Assembly: GCA_963767925.1 (NCBI GenBank)
Contig: CAVYGB010000006.1
Location: forward strand, 1 to 64,000
Length of the DNA stretch: 64,000 nucleotides
DNA from: an uncultured delta proteobacterium
Lineage (GTDB): Bacteria; Myxococcota_A; Polyangia; Fen-1088
Reading direction: 5' to 3'
In this document: positions 1-9,789 of the stretch, piece after piece
How positions within the stretch are numbered: the first letter of the stretch is position 1
Layout: the number at the start of each line of letters is the position of its first letter
Notes under the pieces: generated by a model
Seen by the model: only the letters and a program-made list of their open reading frames with translations
Told to the model about the DNA's origin: nothing
The model's database searches: none
Made by a program: the position numbers and the translations under genes

Positions 1-83
1 GCGTTTTCCTTGAGTTCATGCTCCAGTCCTCCCTTGGCGGGCAAAGGCGACGGCGACCCTATTCGAAAAATCGCCCTCCTCCC

Positions 84-116
84 TGTCGTGCCGTGCCCGG
101 CTCGGACGTCTCTCCC
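84..116 (+). promoter_or_regulatory. Putative ECF42-type promoter TGTCGT-N17-CGTC
   Basis: TGTCGT 84-89, CGTC 107-110, then TCTCCC. Same motif and spacing at 1627-1659. A-tract upstream. Confidence 0.7.
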
Positions 117-149
117 GCGGAAGGCCCGAAGGGCCTGGAAGGAGCGACC

Positions 150-512
150 ATGGAATCCGCATTGAGCGTCGTGAAGAAGTACTACGAGGCATTCGATGCC
201 CACCGAGACGGCTGGCAGGAACTGGTGGCCGACGACATCAACTTTGTCGCACCGATTCAGAAGGCCAGTGGGAAGCAGGCGTTCGTGACCCTGACGGCGC
301 AGTTCCTCCAGTTCCACAGGGAGACCCGCGTGCTCAGGCGGTTCGAGGAGGGCGACAGCGTGTGCTCGATCTTCGAATTCGTCCTCGATACACCGTCCGG
401 TGAGCCTCTGACCTGCCAGGTTGCTGAGTGGGCGCGCGTCGACCGCGGCCGGATCTCGGAGATCCAGATCTTCTACGACCCGCGCGGCTTCGCGAAAGCC
501 TTCGGGTTGTAG
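150..512 (+). CDS. SnoaL-like/NTF2 family protein
   Basis: AAGGAG RBS before ATG150. VVKKYYEAFD..LVADD..F..EWARV..GRISEIQIFYD pattern. Confidence 0.8.
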   Translation: MESALSVVKKYYEAFDAHRDGWQELVADDINFVAPIQKASGKQAFVTLTAQFLQFHRETRVLRRFEEGDSVCSIFEFVLDTPSGEPLTCQVAEWARVDRGRISEIQIFYDPRGFAKAFGL

Positions 513-532
513 TAGAGGTCGTCACCAGCGCG

Positions 533-901
533 ATGGCATACGACGAACATCTGGCGAGCCGTATCCGGCTCGTGCTGACCGGCCGCTGTGCGTTCGCCGA
601 GAGGAAGATGTTCGGCGGACTGGCCTTCATGATCGAGGGCCACATGGGGTGTGGCGTCGTGGGCGGCGATCTCATGCTGCGCGTGGGGCCGGACGGCTAC
701 CAGGATGCCCTCGCCCGCCCACACGCGCGACCGATGGACTTCACCGGGCGTCCCCTCACGGGCATGGTCTACGTGGACCCCGCCGGGTTCAGGACCGAAA
801 AGGCGCTCGAGAGCTGGATCGGGCGAGCGTTGACCTTCATACAGACGCTCCCTGCCCGTGGGACGAAGAAGGCAACGCGGGCCCCGCGCGCACGGAGGTG
901 A
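533..901 (+). CDS. TfoX N-terminal domain (TfoX/Sxy family) protein
   Basis: MAYDEHLASRIR..ERKMFGGLAFM..HARPMDFTGRPLTGMVYV motifs. Confidence 0.85.
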   Translation: MAYDEHLASRIRLVLTGRCAFAERKMFGGLAFMIEGHMGCGVVGGDLMLRVGPDGYQDALARPHARPMDFTGRPLTGMVYVDPAGFRTEKALESWIGRALTFIQTLPARGTKKATRAPRARR

Positions 902-908
902 TGGAACG

Positions 909-1610
909 ATGGCTGCCGCCACCAAGTTCTCGGGCTTCCCCGACGGTACCTTCCGATTCCTGCGGGGCATCGCGCGCAACAACAACAAGGAGTGGTTCGA
1001 GGCCCACCGGGCCGACTATGAATCTTGTTACGTCGAGCCTGCGAAGGCCTTTGTCGCTGCGCTCGGCCCACGGCTGCGGAAGGTCTCCCCGACCGTCAGC
1101 TTCGAGCCGAAGGTGAACGGATCGCTCTTCCGCATCAACCGGGATGTCCGGTTCTCGAAGGACAAGTCACCCTACAAGCCCCACCTGGACCTCTGGTTCT
1201 GGGAGGGCGACCGCAGAGGATGGGACTCCCCGGGCTTCTTCTTCCGGATGTTCGCCGACAAGCTCATCCTCGGGGCGGGAATGCATCGCTTCGAGAAGGC
1301 TCACCTCGAGGCCTATCGGAGCGCTGTCCTGGATCCTCGCAAGGGCGTCGCCCTGGTGGCGGCGATCGACAAGATCCGTAAGGCTGGTGCGTACGAGGTC
1401 GGCGGGGCGACCCGCAAGAAGGTGCCCCGCGGCTTCGACCCCGGGCACCAGCGTGCGGCGCTCCTTCTCCACGACGGTTTGTGGGCTGGATTCGAAGGCA
1501 AGGTCCCCGCCGAGGCCCGCTCGGGGGCATTCGTGAACTTCTGCGCCGCGCACTGTCGGGCGGTCTTTCCGGTGAGCCGCTGGCTCCTCTCGATGCAAAA
1601 CGCCCGTTGA
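909..1610 (+). CDS. DUF2461 family protein
   Basis: FLRGIARNNNKEWF, FRINRDVRFSKDKSPYK, KVPRGF motifs. Confidence 0.9.
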   Translation: MAAATKFSGFPDGTFRFLRGIARNNNKEWFEAHRADYESCYVEPAKAFVAALGPRLRKVSPTVSFEPKVNGSLFRINRDVRFSKDKSPYKPHLDLWFWEGDRRGWDSPGFFFRMFADKLILGAGMHRFEKAHLEAYRSAVLDPRKGVALVAAIDKIRKAGAYEVGGATRKKVPRGFDPGHQRAALLLHDGLWAGFEGKVPAEARSGAFVNFCAAHCRAVFPVSRWLLSMQNAR

Positions 1611-1626
1611 TTTTTCCCGGGCGAGC

Positions 1627-1659
1627 TGTCGTGCGATCCGGGTCGTGAACGTCTCTCCC
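1627..1659 (+). promoter_or_regulatory. Putative ECF42-type promoter TGTCGT-N17-CGTC
   Basis: TGTCGT 1627-1632, CGTC 1650-1653, then TCTCCC. Mirrors the motif at 84-116 and lies upstream of the VOC-YciI-ECF genes. Confidence 0.7.
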
Positions 1660-1701
1660 CAGGAAGCCGCCGAACCGGGCGGCCCGGAAAGGAACACATT
1701 C

Positions 1702-2040
1702 ATGTCCAACCCGTTCGTCTGGTTCCACAACGGCAGCGAGAAGCCCGACGACTCCGCCAGGTTCTACGAGAAACTCCTCGGATGGAAGCCGTCCGCGGGA
1801 CCACCGGGAACGACCATGCTCGCAAAGGAAGCGGGCCCGATTGCAGGTGTCGGATCCGCCGAGGGCAAGCCACCGGCATGGATCCCATTCGTCGAGGTAA
1901 AGGACGTCGACGAGGCGACCAGACGGGCGGTCACCCTCGGAGCCGGTGTCATCAAGGAGCGTACCCGCGGACCAGCGGGTGACTACTCCGTCGTCCGCGA
2001 TCCCGGTGGGGCGCCCATCGCCCTCTGGCAGAAAGCTTAG
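1702..2040 (+). CDS. VOC/glyoxalase family protein
   Basis: NPFVWF..FYEKLLGW..WIPFVEVKDVDEA..DPGGAPIALWQ. AAGGA RBS. Confidence 0.85.
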   Translation: MSNPFVWFHNGSEKPDDSARFYEKLLGWKPSAGPPGTTMLAKEAGPIAGVGSAEGKPPAWIPFVEVKDVDEATRRAVTLGAGVIKERTRGPAGDYSVVRDPGGAPIALWQKA

Positions 2041-2135
2041 GGGGGACCCGTCCGATGCTGCGGGGAGGTCATAGCCTCCCCGCAGCGTCGGCTTCCAGAG
2101 CTAAAATTGGATACCCCGATCGGAAGGAGCTCGCG

Positions 2136-2489
2136 CTGACCTACGCCCTGCTTATTTATCGCAACGTATCCGCCGGCGAGGCGCTACCGTCGCCCGAGGA
2201 GCGCCTCGCGCTGGAGCGGCACCGTGAGCTGCAAAGCGCAAGCTCGCGCCACAACCAGCTCCACGCCGTCGCCCGCCTCGACGACGCCAGCCGAGCCAGA
2301 ACCGTGAGACGCCACGGCAACGCCCACGAGGTCACGGACGGTCCGTACGTCGAGACCAAGGAGTGGCTGGTCGGGTTCTACCTGCTCGACTGCGCCACCG
2401 AGGAGGAGGCGCTCGAGCGCGCTTCGTCCATCTGCGACAGCAACCACGCCATCGAGGTGCGCCCCGTCGGCTGGCGCTGGAGACCGTGA
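2136..2489 (+). CDS. YciI/DGPF family protein (start uncertain; CTG at 2136 after AAGGAG)
   Basis: TYALLIY, TDGPYVETKEWLVGFYLLDC, IEVRPV motifs. Confidence 0.85.
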   Translation: MTYALLIYRNVSAGEALPSPEERLALERHRELQSASSRHNQLHAVARLDDASRARTVRRHGNAHEVTDGPYVETKEWLVGFYLLDCATEEEALERASSICDSNHAIEVRPVGWRWRP

Positions 2490-3721
2490 GCCCGCGCGAG
2501 ATCGCCGAGGAGGTCCGGCGGGTCTATCCCCGGGTGCTCGGCAAGACGCTCGCCTTCACGCGCAGCCTCCCGGACGCCGAGGATGCCGTGCACGACGCCA
2601 TCGAGCGCGCGCTGGCCGCCTGGCCGGCCGGACTACCAGACTCCAGGGAGGCGTGGCTGCTGTCCGTCGCGGCCAACTGCCATCGCGACCGCTTGCGACG
2701 CGCCAAACGCGAGGTCCGCGACCAGGACGCGCTCACGGCGCTGCATGACATGAGCCCCTGGGTGCGGGTGGCGATGGCCAATCTCGACATCGCCCGGGGC
2801 TGGAAGGACGAGTTGCTCGGGCTGCTGTTCGCGTGCTGCCATCCGTCGCTGGAAGCGGGTGAAAGCGCCGCGCTCGCCCTGGCGACCGTCATCGGTCTCT
2901 CCACCGCGGAAATCGCTCAAGCATTCGTGACGGCCCCGCGTTCCATGGAGCAACGGCTTACCCGTGCCCGGACACGGCTCCGAGAACGGGGCGACTACGA
3001 GCTCGCCGGAGACGAGCTGGCTGGGCAGCGACTGAGTGCCGTCCTGACGGCACTGCACCTGCTGTTCAACGAAGGCTACTGGTCGACCGACGACGAGGCG
3101 CCGATCCGCGGCGATCTTTGTCGGCTGGCGATCGGTCTTGCGCGCTCTCTGCGCGAGGCCCTTCCGGAGCAGCCCGAAGTGGCCGGCCTGCTGGCCCTCT
3201 TCCTGCTCCACGAGGGACGAAGGCCAGCGCGCCTCGATGGGCAAGGCGCTCCGGTTCCCCTGCCCGACCAGGACCGGCTGCGGTGGGATCGCACGCTCAT
3301 CGAGGAGGGGACGGCCGAGCTCGAGCGCGCACTCGCCGTCGGACGCCCCGGGCCGTTCCAGACCGAAGCGGCCATCTCGGCGGTCCACTGCCGGGCGCGC
3401 GCCGCAGCCGACACGGACTGGCGCGAGATCGCGGCTCTCTACGCGCTGCTCGAGCGCATGCGACCCACACCAGCGGTCCGGATCAATCGAGCTTTCGCCC
3501 TGTCCCGCGTGGAAGGCCCTACCGCCGGCCTCGCGCTCCTGGCCAGCTCACCCGAGCTCCCCATCGACGACCAGCCCTATACACATCTCGTCCGCGGCGT
3601 TCTGCTGGAAGAGCTCGGTCACCGCGACGAAGCCCGTGCTGCGCTCGAACGCGCGAAGGCCGGCACGCGCAACCCGGCCGAGGCGGCGCAGATCGAGCAG
3701 CGGCTCCGCCGCATGCGTTAA
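2486..3721 (+). CDS. ECF42-type RNA polymerase sigma factor with C-terminal TPR extension
   Basis: DAEDAVHDA, LLFACCHPSL, LLFNEGY, VPLPDQDRLRWD, TDWREIAALY. GTGA overlap with the YciI gene is the classic ECF42 context. Confidence 0.9.
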   Translation: MSPREIAEEVRRVYPRVLGKTLAFTRSLPDAEDAVHDAIERALAAWPAGLPDSREAWLLSVAANCHRDRLRRAKREVRDQDALTALHDMSPWVRVAMANLDIARGWKDELLGLLFACCHPSLEAGESAALALATVIGLSTAEIAQAFVTAPRSMEQRLTRARTRLRERGDYELAGDELAGQRLSAVLTALHLLFNEGYWSTDDEAPIRGDLCRLAIGLARSLREALPEQPEVAGLLALFLLHEGRRPARLDGQGAPVPLPDQDRLRWDRTLIEEGTAELERALAVGRPGPFQTEAAISAVHCRARAAADTDWREIAALYALLERMRPTPAVRINRAFALSRVEGPTAGLALLASSPELPIDDQPYTHLVRGVLLEELGHRDEARAALERAKAGTRNPAEAAQIEQRLRRMR

Positions 3722-3806
3722 CCGCGTGGGTCACCCAGGCATCAGAATCGTCACCACGGCTGGCGCCCCGGATCTGCCCCGCTCGGCCAGCCCCGATGGC
3801 GTCGGC

Positions 3807-4100
3807 TCAGATGATCCCTTCGGCAGCGCTTCTGCCCGCTCTCGTCGTCCAGACCGTAACGATGACGGCGACCACGATGAGCCCGATGAAGTGGTACGAC
3901 CCCGTGATGAGAAAGAGCGTCATCGGCTCCGGATGGGAGGGTGAAATTGCGTCCACGCCGGCGACCGCGACCGAGTAACCCACGGCCGCGACGAGTCCGA
4001 GGATCACTCCATCCCTGACGGTCACCGAACCGGTCGCCCTCGCAAGAACAGCCGTGGAGACGGCCGCAGCGAAGCTCGAGAACAACGGTATCAGGTAAAG
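3807..4100 (-). pseudogene. DUF1761-like membrane protein, 5'-truncated fragment
   Basis: Three hydrophobic helices ending LFLITGSYHFIGLIVVAVIV. No credible N-terminal half. Confidence 0.45.
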
Positions 4101-4288
4101 CAATGCGCCTGGCTCCCAGGCATCGGGCCGCCTTAACCCGATACGCGACTCAAGGCTGCGCTGCCTCAACGGGCAGATCGCCCGCATCGAAGCGTTCCCG
4201 CGGTCGCCGCGCTGACGAACCGGCCAGCCAGCAGCCGCTGACATCAGCGGACATCGACCGCATGATTGACCGGCTCTTCGAGGAGAGC

Positions 4289-5296
4289 TCAGGTCAGGTG
4301 CTCTCGACTGCCAGACCGTGAGTCAATCGCGGGCGCTCGCGCAGGCCCCGGGGACCGATTGGGCGACCGCTCGCCGCGGTAGATCTCGTCGAGAGCGCCG
4401 TCCATCTCCGGGTGCCGGAACTCGAAGCCCAGGGACAGCGCCCGGGCGGGGCTGGCACGGTAGCTCGAGAGGACCAGGGTGGCGACTTCGCCCAGGAGAA
4501 GGCGGGCCATCGGTGCGGCCATGTGACACCATGAAGCACGCCCCACCCGGCGCCCCACGGCGCGCGCGAGGTCAGCCGCGCGGGCAGGGTTCGGCGCGGC
4601 AGCGATGATGGGACCATCCCAGGTGCGCCTCTCCAGCGCCTCGACGAACATCGCCGCCATGTCGTCGATGTGCAGCCAGGGCACGAACTGGCGGCCCGAC
4701 CCGACGTGCCCGCCCATGCGCATCCGGAAGGGGCGCTCGATGAACGGAAGGGGCCCGCCGCCACGCCCGATGGCCAGGCCGATGCGCATCTGCACCACCC
4801 GGACCCCGGCGCCCCGCGCCCGATCGGCCGCTGCCTCCTTGGCATGGAGCATCCGTGCCACCCATTCCTCGCCGAGCGCGCTGGTCTCGCTGACGATCGC
4901 GTCGCCGCCACTGGCGTGGATATTGATCCCACCCGCCGACACAAGCACCCGGTCGGACGCGCGGCTGCCGGCGAGCGCCTTCGCCATTCGCTCGGCAGTG
5001 CCCACGCGGCTATCCCACATCTGGGCCTTGTAGCCGGAGGTCCAGCGTCGCTCGAGCGGGTTCTGTCCTGCCAGTCGAATCACCCGGCCGTGCACGGTAA
5101 CCGCATCCTCGAGCGCTTCTCCCGCGTAGTCGATCCACGCCGTGGCGGCGGGCAGAACCCGCCGGGCGCGGGCGGGATCCCGCGACACCACGATGACGCG
5201 CCAGCCTTGCGCCTGGAGGCGGCTCGTCACGGCCTGTCCGATGAAGCCAGTGGCGCCGGTGACGACGACGGTACGAAGATCTTCGGTCTGTTTCAT
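4289..5296 (-). CDS. TIGR01777 family NAD-dependent epimerase/oxidoreductase (DUF1731 C-terminus)
   Basis: VVVTGATGFIG, RWT..K..WDSRV, GSGRQFVPWLHIDD, GFEFRHP. Confidence 0.9.
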   Translation of the reverse strand: MKQTEDLRTVVVTGATGFIGQAVTSRLQAQGWRVIVVSRDPARARRVLPAATAWIDYAGEALEDAVTVHGRVIRLAGQNPLERRWTSGYKAQMWDSRVGTAERMAKALAGSRASDRVLVSAGGINIHASGGDAIVSETSALGEEWVARMLHAKEAAADRARGAGVRVVQMRIGLAIGRGGGPLPFIERPFRMRMGGHVGSGRQFVPWLHIDDMAAMFVEALERRTWDGPIIAAAPNPARAADLARAVGRRVGRASWCHMAAPMARLLLGEVATLVLSSYRASPARALSLGFEFRHPEMDGALDEIYRGERSPNRSPGPARAPAIDSRSGSREHLT

Positions 5297-5343
5297 GGGC
5301 CTTGCTCCTCGACCAGGAGCTTGGCCGAGGGCGTGGCGACGCC

Positions 5344-5526
5344 CTATCCGCCAGATGGCTGATTCTTGACCAGCCCATGATCGACCGCATAGAGGGCGGC
5401 CGCCGCGCGGCTCCGGATGCCCGTCTTGTCGAAGATGTGCATCACGTGGGTCTGCACGGTGCGCGCCGAGACGTGGAGGCGGGAGCCGATCTCCTTGTTC
5501 GACAACCCGCGGGCCAGGAGGCAGAG
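5344..5526 (-). pseudogene. C-terminal LuxR HTH of the IS-disrupted HD-domain/LuxR regulator
   Basis: LCLLARGLSNKEIGSRLHVSARTVQTHVMHIFDK. Rejoins in frame with 9790-11037 once the IS is removed. Confidence 0.9.
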
Positions 5527-5635
5527 CCTCGGTGGACACCCAAAACCGGCCAGTAATGGACACCGCAAAACCGGCCAGCTGATGTAGGGCGCCGGGACGT
5601 TGACGAGGCGGTCGGACCGTGGTCCGCCCGCCGGG

Positions 5636-7246
5636 ATGGCCAACGTCTTGAGCGATGAGAAAAAGCAGCAGGTTCTGGCCCTGGGGCGACTGGGTTGGTC
5701 GCTCCGGAAGATCGAGCAAGCAACGGGGGTCCGTCGGGAGACCGCGGGCGCCTATCTGCGTGCCGCCGGCATCGCCGTTCGAGCGCCACGACAGGTAGTG
5801 CTGCCGGCAAAACCGGCCACAGCCTGTGGGGTGTCCACCGACGTTGACGCGCCAAAACCGGCCAGTGGCGAGGGGGTGTCCACCGACTCCAACCCTTCAG
5901 AGCCGGCTTCATGGCCACCACCACCGAGTCGCGCGCCGGCGGCCAGCGCCTGCGAGCCGTACCGCGAGCTGATCGAGGAGGGCGTGACCCGCGGGCGCAA
6001 CGCGATGGCCATCTACCAGGATCTGGTCAGCGAACACGGGTTCGCGGCGAGGTATGCCAGCGTCCGCCGGTTCGTAGCCCGGTTGCGCGGACACGAGACG
6101 CCCGATGCTCACGCCGTGATCCACACAGGACCGGGCCAAGAGGGCCAGGTCGACTACGGTGAAGGGCCGATGGTGCGGGACGCGGACAGTGGCAAGTACC
6201 GACGGACGCGACTGTTCGTCTTCACGCTCGGGTGCAGCCGCAAGTCAGTGCGCCTGATCGTCCGCAAGTCGAGCTCTCGCGCATGGGCGGAGTTGCACGA
6301 GCGGGCCTTCCGGCGAGTGGGCGGCGCGCCCCGTGTAGTGGTCCTCGACAACTTGCGCGAGGGCGTGGTGAAGGCGGACATCTACGACCCCACGCTCAAT
6401 CCGCTCTACGCCGACGTGCTCCGCCACTACGGCGCTGTCGGCCTGCCGTGCCGGGTGGGCGATCCTGATCGCAAGGGAAAGGTGGAGTCGGGCGTGGGAC
6501 ACGCGCAGAGGACGCCGTTGAAGGGGATGCGCTTCGAAACAGTCGAGGAAGCGCAAGCGTACCTCGATCGCTGGGAAGCCAACTGGGCCGACACGCGAAT
6601 TCACGGAACCACCAAGCGCCAGGTCGCGGTGATGTTTGCCGAGGAGCGACCGTCGCTGCTTCCGCTCCCAATCGAGCCCTTCCGCTACTACCTGTTTGGC
6701 GAGCGCACCGTCCACCTCGACGGCCACCTGGAGGTCAACGGAGCCTACTACTGCGCGCCACCCGGCTACATCGGTCGTTCGCTGCCCGTGCAGTGGGACG
6801 AGGAGCATGTGCGTCTGATGGATCCGCAGAGCAGGCAGCTCATGCGCGAGTACCGAGTCCAGGATCGCGGGCGCTATCGGACCCCGACTGAGTATCTGCC
6901 CAAACGCACCCCGGTCACGACCCTACAACTGCTGGCCATGGCGGCCCACGCCGGCAAGCACGTCGGCGCCGTGTGCTCCGCGATCCATCGGGACAAGGGC
7001 GAGTGGGGCGTCAAGGGGATCCTCGGCGTCCGCGCGCTGATGCGCCGCCACGGCATTCTCGCCGTCGACGACGCCTGCGCCGCCGCACTGGAGATGGGCG
7101 TGCCGACCTACCGCTTCGTGCGCCGCTATCTCGACCGCCGCCCACCGGTGGCTCTCCGGCAAGTCGATCCGCTGATCCGCCAGCTGACCCTGTACCGCGA
7201 CCACATCAATCGCATCACGAAGGAGAATCCCGATGAACCTCGTTGA
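5636..7246 (+). CDS. istA: IS21 transposase IstA
   Basis: N-terminal HTH. DDE motifs GQVDYG, VLDNLR, KGKVESGV. TRIHGTT. Confidence 0.95.
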   Translation: MANVLSDEKKQQVLALGRLGWSLRKIEQATGVRRETAGAYLRAAGIAVRAPRQVVLPAKPATACGVSTDVDAPKPASGEGVSTDSNPSEPASWPPPPSRAPAASACEPYRELIEEGVTRGRNAMAIYQDLVSEHGFAARYASVRRFVARLRGHETPDAHAVIHTGPGQEGQVDYGEGPMVRDADSGKYRRTRLFVFTLGCSRKSVRLIVRKSSSRAWAELHERAFRRVGGAPRVVVLDNLREGVVKADIYDPTLNPLYADVLRHYGAVGLPCRVGDPDRKGKVESGVGHAQRTPLKGMRFETVEEAQAYLDRWEANWADTRIHGTTKRQVAVMFAEERPSLLPLPIEPFRYYLFGERTVHLDGHLEVNGAYYCAPPGYIGRSLPVQWDEEHVRLMDPQSRQLMREYRVQDRGRYRTPTEYLPKRTPVTTLQLLAMAAHAGKHVGAVCSAIHRDKGEWGVKGILGVRALMRRHGILAVDDACAAALEMGVPTYRFVRRYLDRRPPVALRQVDPLIRQLTLYRDHINRITKENPDEPR

Positions 7247-7282
7247 GCTCGACCGCGCTCTCAAGCAACTGCGCCTGGGCGG

Positions 7283-8994
7283 AACCCGTCAACGATTTTG
7301 AGAGCGCCAACTGTTGAATTTACGCTCGCGCCTCCTCGGTCGCGGGGGACTGCTTGGGTGGATTGATCCAAACGGTTTCCGGTGGCCGGCGGGGCGTCGG
7401 TGCCCGGCGAACGAAGCGCTCTGGCTTCGCGGCGTAGGCGGCGTCCAGGACGGCGGCTCGTTGGCTGATCCGCTGGTCAACGAGGCCGTGGTGGACATCG
7501 TGGGGCGTGAGGAGGGCCAACCGGCTGTGGTGGTGGGCGGTGTTGTACCAGGCGAAAAACTCCCGCAGGAAGGCGCGAGCGTGCTCGAGGGAGGCGAAGC
7601 GCTCGGGGAAGTTGGGTCGGTACTTGAGCGTCTTGAATTGCGCCTCGGAGAAGGGGTTGTCGTCGGAGACGTGGGGCCGCGAGTGGCTCTTGGCCACGTC
7701 GAGGGTGATGAGCAGCGAAGCCACCGACTGAGAGATCATCGCGGGACCGTTGTCCGAATGCATGGTGAGGAGGCCGGGTGGGATCCTCTGCCGCTCGCAG
7801 GCAGTTTCCATGAGCTCCTTGGCGAGCTCGCCGGATTCGCATGTCTCGACTCGCCAGCCGACGACGTAGCGCGAGTAGATGTCGAGGATGACGTAGAGGT
7901 GCAGGTACTGGCTCTTCACGAAGGTTTTCAGCTTCGTTATGTCCCAACTCCACGCTTGGTTGGGGCCGGTCGCCATGGCTCGGGCGCGGCGTACTGGGGA
8001 TGGCGCAGTTGATTGCGTCGCTCGGCGCAGCTGGGCGTGGTCGACGAGGATTCGATACATGGTCCTCTCGGAGCAGCAGATACTTCCCCTCGTCGAGGAG
8101 GGTGGCGAACACCTGGGCAGGCGCGAGATTGCAAAAGCGATCCTCGTTCAGCGCAGCCATCACCTGATCGCGTTCCTCAGCGGACAGTGCCCGTGGTGAG
8201 GTCCGCTTCGCCTTCGATGCTGCGGCGGCCGAAGTTTCAGCTCCGCTCCGCGCCGGTGTGGAATCTGCGCCCTGGCCGATGGTCAAATGCGGCGCGGTTG
8301 CGGTCTGCTCATCATGGCCGCAGACGGCCACGACGAGCAGACCGCCCGCTTGAGACTGCTCGACCGGCTGATCCGTGGAAGGGGCCGACTTGGCTTCGAT
8401 CGTCGCCTGGCACGCCAGGGCGGCCCGGCGCCGGTAAAAGGTCGCCGTCGACAGCCCCAGGGCGCCGCAGATGGAGCCGACACTGACGCCCGGGACAGGC
8501 TCGGCCTTCACGGTCTCGTCCATCAGGACTTTTCGTCGTCGGGCTTGGGAAGGTCCAGCCCCAGCAGCGAAGCCATTTTTTTGGATCTCCACCAGCATTT
8601 CCGCGCGCTCCGCCCGGGCCGTGAGCAGGCTGTTCTCTCGGCGTAGTCGACGATTCTCGATCTCCGCTGGCGTCGGTGGCGTTGCCCTCGGCCCACGTTT
8701 CTTCGGGGCAAGACCATCCATCCCCCGCTGCTCCATATCCCGACGCCAGGTCGAAAGGTGCGACGAATACAGCCCCTCCCGGCGCAGCAGAGCCCCCAAC
8801 TCACCGGGCTTGGTGCACCCCGCGGCCTGACGGAGAACCCCTCGCTTGTACTCGGCGGTGAACTTCCGCCGGGTTGCCTTCGACACGACCTCGGTATCAT
8901 GTGCTAACACGCTGCTCATCTCTACCGTTCCTGCCTCGCCCTGGGACATTAAATTCGGCTTCGGCGCCGTCTCAGGTCACGTTGGCAGATAGGG
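7283..8994 (-). mobile_element. IS3-like insertion sequence nested in istB
   Basis: 6-bp TSD GGGCGG at 7277-7282 and 8995-9000. Imperfect subterminal IR (GTCAACGATTTTGAGA vs GCCAACGTGACCTGAGA). OrfA plus OrfB. Confidence 0.88.
7320..8919 (-). CDS. IS3-like transposase OrfA/OrfB with frameshifts
   Basis: OrfA RRKFTAEYK..GALLRREGLYSSHL. OrfB PNQAWSWDIT, HSDNG, NPFSEAQFKTLK (DDE). Frame breaks near 8580, 8075 and ~8000. Confidence 0.85.
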
Positions 8995-9789
8995 GGGCGG
9001 CATGGCCTCGGTCCTCGAGAGCCGTCTTCTGCAGGCGCAGAGCGAACACATGGCCCCGATCGACCTCATTTCGCTGCTCGTCTCCGACGAGCTTCGTCGC
9101 CGCGCCGACCGCCTACTCGAGCGACGAACCAAGCGAGCCGACTTTCGCGATGCAGACAAGTCCCTCGACAACTTCGACTTCGATTTCAACAAGAAGATGA
9201 ACCGTCGAACCATCTACGAGCTCGCTGCCGGGCACTTCATCGCCAAGCACGAGGACGGGCTCTTCCTCGGCCCACCTGGTACGGGGAAAAGCCACCTCGC
9301 CCAGGCTATCGGCCGTTGTGCGATCCAGCAGGGACACCGAATCCTCTACCGCGAAGCTCACGTGCTCATCGAGGAGATCGCCGACGCCACCATCGATGGC
9401 ACCCGGAAGCAGCTAATGGAGGAACTGGGCACCGTGCCCCTCCTCATCGTCGACGATCTCCGGGATGCGAAGACTCCGCCCACGGCTGCCGAGGACCTGC
9501 TGGAGCTGGTCATGCGCCGCTACGAGCGCGCCAGCACCCTCTTCACTTCAAATCGGCCAGTAGAGGACTGGGGCAAGGTGCTCGGCGACGCACCCGCGAT
9601 CGCCGCCATGCTCGATCGCCTTCTCCATCACGGCCATGTCCTCAAGTGCGGCCCGCGCAGCTGGCGCACCAAGATCGGCGAGCCCTTGCCGGCAGAGGAG
9701 GCCGCGAGGTAGATGTCTCCCTGTCCCGACGCCCAACTGGCCGGTTTTGACCTGTCCACGCCTGGCCGGATTTGAGGTGTCCACCGAGG

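Larger units (their letters stand above)
7233..9712 (+). pseudogene. istB: IS21 helper ATPase IstB, interrupted (7233-7282 joined to 9001-9712)
   Basis: MNLVELDRALKQLRLGG|MASVLESRL. Walker A GPPGTGKS, LLIVDD, TSNRP..W, DRLLHH. Split by a 1.7-kb IS. Confidence 0.92.
5527..9789 (+). mobile_element. IS21-family insertion sequence (2545 bp after removing the nested IS)
   Basis: 14-bp terminal IR CCTCGGTGGACACC (5527-5540) / GGTGTCCACCGAGG (9776-9789). Subterminal CAAAACCGGCCA repeats. 8-bp TSD AGGCAGAG at 5519-5526 and 9790-9797. Carries istA and istB. Confidence 0.95.

Noticed and set aside
5297..5719. N-terminal extension of the epimerase ORF
   Set aside because: It runs through the LuxR fragment and IS end. 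The real start is ATG 5296, with an AGGAG RBS.
8521..8590. In-frame OrfA-OrfB fusion or programmed frameshift at the A7 run
   Set aside because: Cannot be distinguished from a homopolymer error in this indel-rich sequence. The natural-looking OrfA end (MASLLG..KS*) and TGATG coupling are present in another frame.
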